From NCBI GenBank assembly GCA_964016885.1, contig OZ024746.1:52266001-52330000 (forward strand): DNA of 64,000 nt, given 5' to 3'. The notes under the pieces were generated by a model, which searched no databases, had not been told where the DNA came from, and saw only the letters and a list, made by a program, of their open reading frames with translations. The DNA comes from Eledone cirrhosa (lineage: Eukaryota). Position 1 is the stretch's first letter; every line of letters starts with the position of its first letter. The position numbers and the translations under genes were made by a program. Positions 57,101 through 64,000 of this stretch are shown here, piece after piece.

Positions 57101-60100
57101 AATTCTATGTATTGGTTATGTTATACTTAGTATGGAGTAGTGTATGGTATAGACTGGTGTATATACGTGTGTGTTGTATGGTATGGAATTCTATGTATTG
57201 GGTATGTTATACTTAGTATGGAGTAGTGTATGGTATAGAATGCTGTATATAGGTGTGTGTCGTATGGTATGGAATTCTATGTATTAGGTATGTTATACTG
57301 AGTATGGAGTAGTGTATGTTATAGAATGGTGTATATAGGTGTGTGTTGTATGGTATGTAATTCTATGAATTGGGTATGTTATATTTAGTATGGAGTAGTG
57401 TATGGTATATAACGGTGTATATAGGTGTGTGTTGTATGGTATGGAATTCTATGTATTGGTTATGTTATATTTATTATGGAGTAGTGTATGGCATAGACTC
57501 GTGTATATAGGTGTGTGTTGTATTGTATGGAATGCTATGTATTGGGTATGTTATACAGTGTATGGAGTAGTGTATGGTATAGAATGGTGTATATATGTGT
57601 GTGTTGTATGGTATGGAATTCTATGTATTAGGTATGTTATATTGAGTTTGGAGTAGTGTATGGTATAGAATGGTGTATATAGGTGTGTGTTGTATGGTAT
57701 GTAATTCTATGAATTGGGTATGTTATATTTAGTATGGAGTAGTGTATGGTATAGACTGGTGTATATGGGTGTGTTGTATGCTATGGAATTCTATGTATTG
57801 GGTATGTTATACTTAGTATGGAGTAGTGTATGGTATAGAATGGTGTATATAGGTGTGTGTTGTATGGTATGGAATTCTATGTATTGGGTATGTTATATTT
57901 AGTATGGAGTAGTGTATGGTATAGAATGGTGTATATAGGTGTGTGTTGTAAGGTATGGAATTCTATGTATTGGTTATGTTATACTTAGTATGGAGTAGTG
58001 TATGGCATAGACTGTTGTATATAGGTGTGTGTTGTATGGCATGGAATGCTATGTATTGGGTATGTTATACTTTGTATGGAGTAGTGTATGGTATAGAATG
58101 GTGTATATAGGTGTGTGTTGTATGGTATTGAATTCTATGTATGGTGTATGTTATACTTAATATGGAGTAGTGTATGGTATAGAATGGTGTATATAGGTGT
58201 GTGTTGTATGGTATGGAATTCTATGAATTGGGTATGTTATATTTAGTATGGAGTAGTGTATGGTATAGCATGGTGTATATAGGTGTGTGTTGTATGGCAT
58301 GGAATTCTATATATTGGGTATGTTATATTTAGTATGGAGTAGTGTATGGCACAGACTGGTGTATATAGGTGTGTGTTGTATGGTATGGAATGCTATGTAT
58401 TGGGTATGTTATACTTTGTATGGAGTAGTGTATGGTATAGTATGGTGTATATAGGTGTGTGTTGTATGGAATTCTATGTATTGGGTATGTTATACTTAGT
58501 ATGGAGTAGTTTATTGTATATAATGGTGTATATAGGTGTGTGTTGTATGGTATGGAATTCTATGTATTGATTATGTTAAACTTAGTATGGAGTAGTGTAT
58601 GGCATAGAATGGTGTATATAGGTGTGTGTTGTATGGTATGGAATTCTATGTATTCGGTATGTTATACTTAGTATGGAGTAGTGTATGGGATAGTATGGTG
58701 TATATAGGTGTGTCTTGTATGGTAAGGAATTCTATGTATTAGGTATGTTATACTTTGAATAGAGTAGTGTATGGTATAGAATGGTGTATATAGGTGTGTG
58801 TTGAATGGTAGGGAATTATATGTATTGGGTATGTTATACTTAATATGGAGTAGTGTATGGTATAGAATGGTGTATATAGGTGTGTGTTGTACGGTATGGA
58901 ATTCTATGTATTAGGTATGTTATACTGAGTATGGAGTAGTGTATGGTATAGAATGGTGTATATAGGTGTGTGTTGTATGGTATGGAATTCTATGAATTGG
59001 GTATGTTATATTTAGTATGGAGTAATGTATGGTATAGAATGGTGTATATAGGTGTGTGTTGTATGGTATTGAATTCTATGTATTGAGTATGTTATATTTA
59101 GTATGGAGTAGTGTATGGCATAGACTGGTGTATATAGGTGTGTGTTGTATGGTATGGAATGCTATGTATTGGGTATGTTATACTTTGTATGGAGTAGTGT
59201 ATGGTATAGAATGGTGTATATAGGTGTGTGTTGTATGGTATGGAATTCTATGTATTGGGTATGTTATACTTAGTATGGAGTAGTGTATGGTATAGAATGG
59301 TGTATATAGGTGTGTGTTGTATGGTATGGAATGCTATGTATTGGGTATGTTATACTGAGTTTGGAGTAGTGTATGGTATAGAATGGTGTATATAGGTGTG
59401 TGTTGTATGGTATGGAATTCTATGAATTGGGTATGTTATATTTAGTATGGAGTAGTGTATGGTATAGACTGGTGTATATAGGTGTGTTGTATGCTCTGGA
59501 ATTCTATGTATTGGGTATGTTATACTTAGTATGGAGTAGTGTATGGTATAGAATGGTGTATATAGGTGTGTGTTGTATGGTATGGAATTCTATGTATTGG
59601 GTATGTTATATTTAGTATGGAGTAGTGTATGGTATAGAATGGTGTATATAGGTGTGTGTTGTATGGTATGGAATTCAATGTATTGGGTGTGTTATACTTA
59701 GTATGGAGTAGTGTATGGCATAGACTGTTGTATATAGGTGTCTGTTGTATGGTATGGAATGCTATGTATTGGGTATGTTATACTTTGTATGGAGTAGTGT
59801 ATGGTATAGAATGGTGTATATAGGTGTGTGTTGTATGGTATGGAATTCTATGAATTGGGTATGTTATATTTAGTATGGAGTAGTGTATGGTATAGCATGG
59901 TGTATATAGCTGTGTGTTGTATGGTATGGAATTCTATATATTGGGTATGTTATATTTAGTATGGAGTAGTGTATGGCATAGACTGGTGTATATAGGTGTG
60001 TGTTGTATGGTATCGAATGCTATGTATTGGGTATGTTATACTTTGTATGGAGTAGTGTATGGTATAGTATGGTGTATATAGGTGTGTGTTGTATGGAATT

Positions 60101-61150
60101 CTATGTATTGGGTATGTTATACTTAGTATGGAGTATTTTCTGGTATATAATGGTGTATATAGGTGTGTGTTGTATGGTATGGAATTCTATGTATTGATTA
60201 TGTTAAACTTAGTATGGAGTAGTGTATGGCATAGAATGGTGTATATAGGTGTGTCTTGTATGGTATGGAATTCTATATTTTCGGTATGTTATACTTAGTA
60301 TGGAGCAGTGTATGGTATAGTATGGTGTATATAGGTGTGTCTTGTATGGTAAGGAATTCTATGTATTAGGTATGTTATACTTTGAATAGAGTAGTGTATG
60401 GTATAGAATTGTGTATATAGGTGTGTGTTGAATGGTAGGGAATTATATGTATTGGGTATGTTATACTTAATATGGAGTAGTGTATGGTATAGAATGGTGT
60501 ATATAGGTGTGTGTTGTACGGTATAGAATTCTATGTATTAGGTATGTTATACTGAGTATGGAGTAGTGTATGGTATGGAATGGTGTATATAGGTGTGTGT
60601 TGTATGGTATGGAATTCTATGAATTGGGTATGTTATATTTAGTATGGAGTAATGTATGGTATAGAATGGTGTATATAGGTGTGTGTTGTATGGTATGGAA
60701 TTCTATGTATTGGGTATGTTATATTTAGTATGGAGTAATGTATGGCATAGACTGGTGTATATAGGTGTATGTTGTATGGTATGGAATGCTATGTATTGGG
60801 TATGTTATACTTTGTATGGAGTAGTGTATGGTATAGAATGGTGTATATAGGTGTGTGTTGTATGGTATGGAATTCTATGTATTGGGTATGTTATACTTAG
60901 TATGGAGTAGTGTATGGTATAGAATGGTGTATATAGGTGTGTGTTGTATGGTATGGAATTCTATATATTGGGTATGTTATCATTAATATGGAGTAGTGTA
61001 TGGTATAGAATGGTGTATAAAGCAGTGTGTTGTATGGTATGGAATTCTATGTATTAGTTATGTTATACTTTGAATAGAGTAGTGTATGACATAGTATGGT
61101 ATATATAGATGTGTGTTGTACGGTATGGAATTCTATGTATTGGGTATGTT
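30151..61150. repeat. Right HOR domain: modal 43-monomer unit (3686 bp) with 29-, 39-, 42-, 48- and 49-monomer variants
   Basis: ORF series 38121/41807/45493 and 38551/42237/45923 are offset by 3686 (43x86-12). Other offsets are 2487, 3342, 3600, 4114 and 4200. Domain-characteristic variants include TATGACATAG, AGGTTGTTGTGG, GGCACAGAC, TATGGGATAG, GAACGGTAGGG, ATAGCTGTG, GGTGTAATG, GCTCTGGAA and TTCAATGTATTGGGTGTG. Confidence 0.9.
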
Positions 61151-64000
61151 ATACTTAGTATGGAGTAGTGTATGGGATAGTATGGTGTATATAGGTGTGT
61201 CTTGTATGGTAAGGAATTCTATGTATTGGGTATGTTATACTTTGAATAGAGTAGTGTATGGTATAGAATGGTGTATATAGGTGTGTGTTGAATGGTAGGG
61301 AATTATATGTATTGGGTATGTTATACTTAATATGGAGTAGTGTATGGTATAGAATGGTGTATATAGGTGTGTGTTGTACGGTATGGAATTCTATGTATTA
61401 GGTATGTTATACTGAGTATGGAGTAGTGTATGGTATAGAATGGTGTATATAGGTGTGTGTTGTATGGTATGGAATTCTATGAATTGGGTATGTTATATTT
61501 AGTATGGAGTAATGTATGGTATAGAATGGTGTATATAGGTGTGTGTTGTATGGTATGGAATTCTATGTATTGAGTATGTTATATTTAGTATGGAGTAGTG
61601 TATGGCATAGACTGGTTTATATAGGTGTGTGTTGTATGGTATGGAATGCTATGTATTGGGTATGTTATACTTTGTATGGAGTAGTGTATGGTATAGAATG
61701 GTGTATATAGGTGTGTGTTGTATGGTATGGAATTCTATGTATTGGGTATGTTATACTTAGTATGGAGTAGTGTATGGTATAGAATGGTGTATATAGGTGT
61801 ATGTTGTATGGTATGGAATGCTATGTATTGGGTATGTTATACTTTGTATCGAGTAGTGTATGGTATAGTATGGTGTATATAGGTGTGTGTTGTATGGAAT
61901 TCTATGTATTGGGTATGTTATACTTAGTATGGAGTAGTTTATGGTATAGAATGGTGTATATAGGTGTGTGTTGTATGGTATGGAATGCTATGTATTGGGT
62001 ATGTTATACTTTGTATGGAGTAGTGTATGGTATAGAATGGTGTATATAGGTGTGTGTTGTATGGAATTCCATGTATTGGGTATGTTATACTTAGTATGGA
62101 GTAGTTTATGGCATAGACTGGTGTATATAGGTGTGTGTTGTATGGTATGGAATGCTATGTATTGGGTATGTTATACTTTGTATGGAGTAGTGTATGGTAT
62201 AGAATGGTGTATATAGGTGTGTGTTGTATGGTATGGAATTCTATGTATTGGGTATGTTATACTTAGTATGGAGTAGTGTATGGTATAGAATGGTGTATAT
62301 AGGTGTGTGTTGTATGGTATGGAATTCTCTGTATTGATTATGTTAAATTTAGTATGGAGTAGTGTATGGCATAGAATGGTGTATATAGGTGTGTGTTGTA
62401 TGGTATGGAATTATATGTATTGGGTATGTTATACTTAGTATGGAGTAGTGTATGCCATAGACTGGTGTATATAGGTGTGTGTTGTATGGTATGGAATTCT
62501 ATGTATTCGGTATGTTATACTTAGTAAGGAGTAGCGTATGGTATAGTATGGTGTATATAGGTGTGTCTTGTATGGTATGGAATTCTATGTATTGGGTATG
62601 TTATACTTAGTATGGAGTAGTGTATGCCATAGACTGGTGTATATAGGTGTGTGTTGTATGGTATGGAATTCTATGAATTGGGTATGTTATATTTAGTATG
62701 GAGTAGTGTATGGTATAGCATGGTGTATATAGGTGTGTGTTGTATGGCATGGAATTCTATACATTGGGTATGTTATATTTAGTATGGAGTAGTGTATGGC
62801 ATAGACTGGTGTATATAGGTGTGTGTTGTATGGTATGGAATGCTATGTATTGGGTATGTTATACTTTGTATGGAGTAGTGTATGGTATAGTATGGTGTAT
62901 ATAGGTGTGTGTTGTATGGAATTCTATGTATTGGGTATGTTATACTTAGTATGGAGTAGTTTATTGTATATAATGGTGTATATAGGTGTGTGTTGTATGG
63001 TATGGAATTCTATGTATTGATTATGTTAAACTTAGTATGGAGTAGTGTATGGCATAGAATGGTGTATATAGGTGTGTGTTGTATGGTATGGAATTCTATG
63101 TATTCGGTATGTTATACTTAGTATGGAGTAGTGTATGGGATAGTATGGTGTATATAGGTGTGTCTTGTATGGTAAGGAATTCTATGTATTAGGTATGTTA
63201 TACTTTGAATAGAGTAGTGTATGGTATAGAATGGTGTATATAGGTGTGTGTTGAATGGTAGGGAATTATATGTATTGGGTATGTTATACTTAATATGGAG
63301 TAGTGTATGGTATAGAATGGTGTATATAGGTGTGTGTTGTACGGTATGGAATTCTATGTATTAGGTATGTTATACTGAGTATGGAGTAGTGTATGGTATA
63401 GAATGGTGTATATAGGTGTGTGTTGTATGGTATGGAATTCTATGAATTGGGTATGTTATATTTAGTATGGAGTAATGTATGGTATAGAATGGTGTATATA
63501 GGTGTGTGTTGTATGGTATTGAATTCTATGTATTGAGTATGTTATATTTAGTATGGAGTAGTGTATGGCATAGACTGGTGTATATAGGTGTGTGTTGTAT
63601 GGTATGGAATGCTATGTATTGGGTATGTTATACTTTGTATGGAGTAGTGTATGGTATAGAATGGTGTATATAGGTGTGTGTTGTATGGTATGGAATTCTA
63701 TGTATTGGGTATGTTATACTTAGTATGGAGTAGTGTATGGTATAGAATGGTGTATATAGGTGTGTGTTGTATGGTATGGAATGCTATGTATTGGGTATGT
63801 TATACTGAGTTTGGAGTAGTGTATGGTATAGAATGGTGTATATAGGTGTGTGTTGTATGGTATGGAATTCTATGAATTGGGTATGTTATATTTAGTATGG
63901 AGTAGTGTATGGTATAGACTGGTGTATATAGGTGTGTTGTATGCTCTGGAATTCTATGTATTGGGTATGTTATACTTAGTATGGAGTAGTGTATGGTATA
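61151..64000. repeat. Locally rearranged, more diverged segment (~61.2-62.8 kb), then resumption of the right-family variant order
   Basis: Two close 81-bp monomers at ~61890 and ~62060 (ORFs 61801/61968 offset by 167 = 86+81). Rare variants TTCCATG (~62067), TTCTCTG (~62325), GTAGCGT (~62531) and CTATACATT (~62757). From 62823 the sequence follows the 58373 block (offset 4450 = 52x86-22). Confidence 0.7.

Larger units (their letters stand above)
1..64000. repeat. Tandem satellite DNA array, 86-bp monomer (~745 copies, all in the same orientation, running off both window edges)
   Basis: GAATTC or a one-base variant (GAATGC, GAATTA, TAATTC) recurs every 86 bp from start to end. Consensus composition is T36 G27 A21 C2 (~34% GC). 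Monomers differ from consensus by a few substitutions, with occasional 81/84/85/87-bp length variants. No non-repeat sequence was seen. Confidence 0.99.

Noticed and set aside
1617-63020. All short ORFs in the track (62-110 aa; MLYGMEFYVLGMLYLVWSSVWYRMVYIGVCC-type and minus-strand His/Tyr/Thr-rich)
   Set aside because: They are translations of the satellite. 86 is not a multiple of 3, so frames rotate and hit TAG within a few monomers. ORFs pass 60 aa only where an indel or SNV skips a stop. Many use GTG/TTG starts, and the hydrophobic look follows from the G/T-rich composition.
1-64000. CRISPR array or recombination cassette array
   Set aside because: There are no unique spacers: the whole 86-bp unit is repeated. 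No cas, recombinase or leader sequence is present.
1-64000. Telomeric repeat (G/T-rich strand)
   Set aside because: No TTAGGG, TTAGG or TTTAGGG tandem arrays are present, and an 86-bp unit with HORs is not a telomerase product. A subtelomeric or telomerase-independent terminal location cannot be excluded from sequence alone.
1-64000. Assignment to alpha satellite, HSat2/3, mouse satellites or a CENP-B box
   Set aside because: Unit length and sequence do not match these as I know them. No TTCG....A..CGGG motif was seen, and GGAAT occurs only once per consensus monomer.
1-64000. G-quadruplex array
   Set aside because: There is only one GGG run per consensus monomer and the other runs are GG. 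At most, weak two-tier structures are conceivable.
1-64000. Transposon insertion, inversion or hairpin-forming inverted repeat
   Set aside because: None was seen on reading through. The near absence of C on the + strand precludes long inverted repeats, and only short palindromes (GAATTC, TATATA) occur.

Overview
The whole 64 kb window is one uninterrupted, head-to-tail tandem satellite array of about 745 copies of an 86-bp monomer. The consensus, phased at its EcoRI site, is GAATTCTATGTATTGGGTATGTTATA(C/T)TTAGTATGGAGTAGTGTATGGTATAGAATGGTGTATATAGGTGTGTGTTGTATGGTATG. I saw no genes, RNA genes, transposon insertions, inversions or unique sequence, and all listed ORFs are translations of the repeat. 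The array has hierarchical structure. A degenerate GTATG pentamer underlies the 86-bp monomer. Variant monomers recur in a fixed order in ~20-25-monomer sub-blocks. These build two higher-order-repeat (HOR) families: a left family (1-~23 kb, units of 66/58/65/40/39 monomers) and a right family (~30-61 kb, modal 43-mer of 3686 bp). A more diverged zone (~23-30 kb) separates them, and an ~18.25-kb recurrence sits on top of the right family. This architecture resembles eukaryotic centromeric, pericentromeric or other heterochromatic satellite. I do not recognise the family or organism, and any functional interpretation is inference. All counts were made by eye plus arithmetic on the ORF-track offsets. 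I found no protein-coding novel system.
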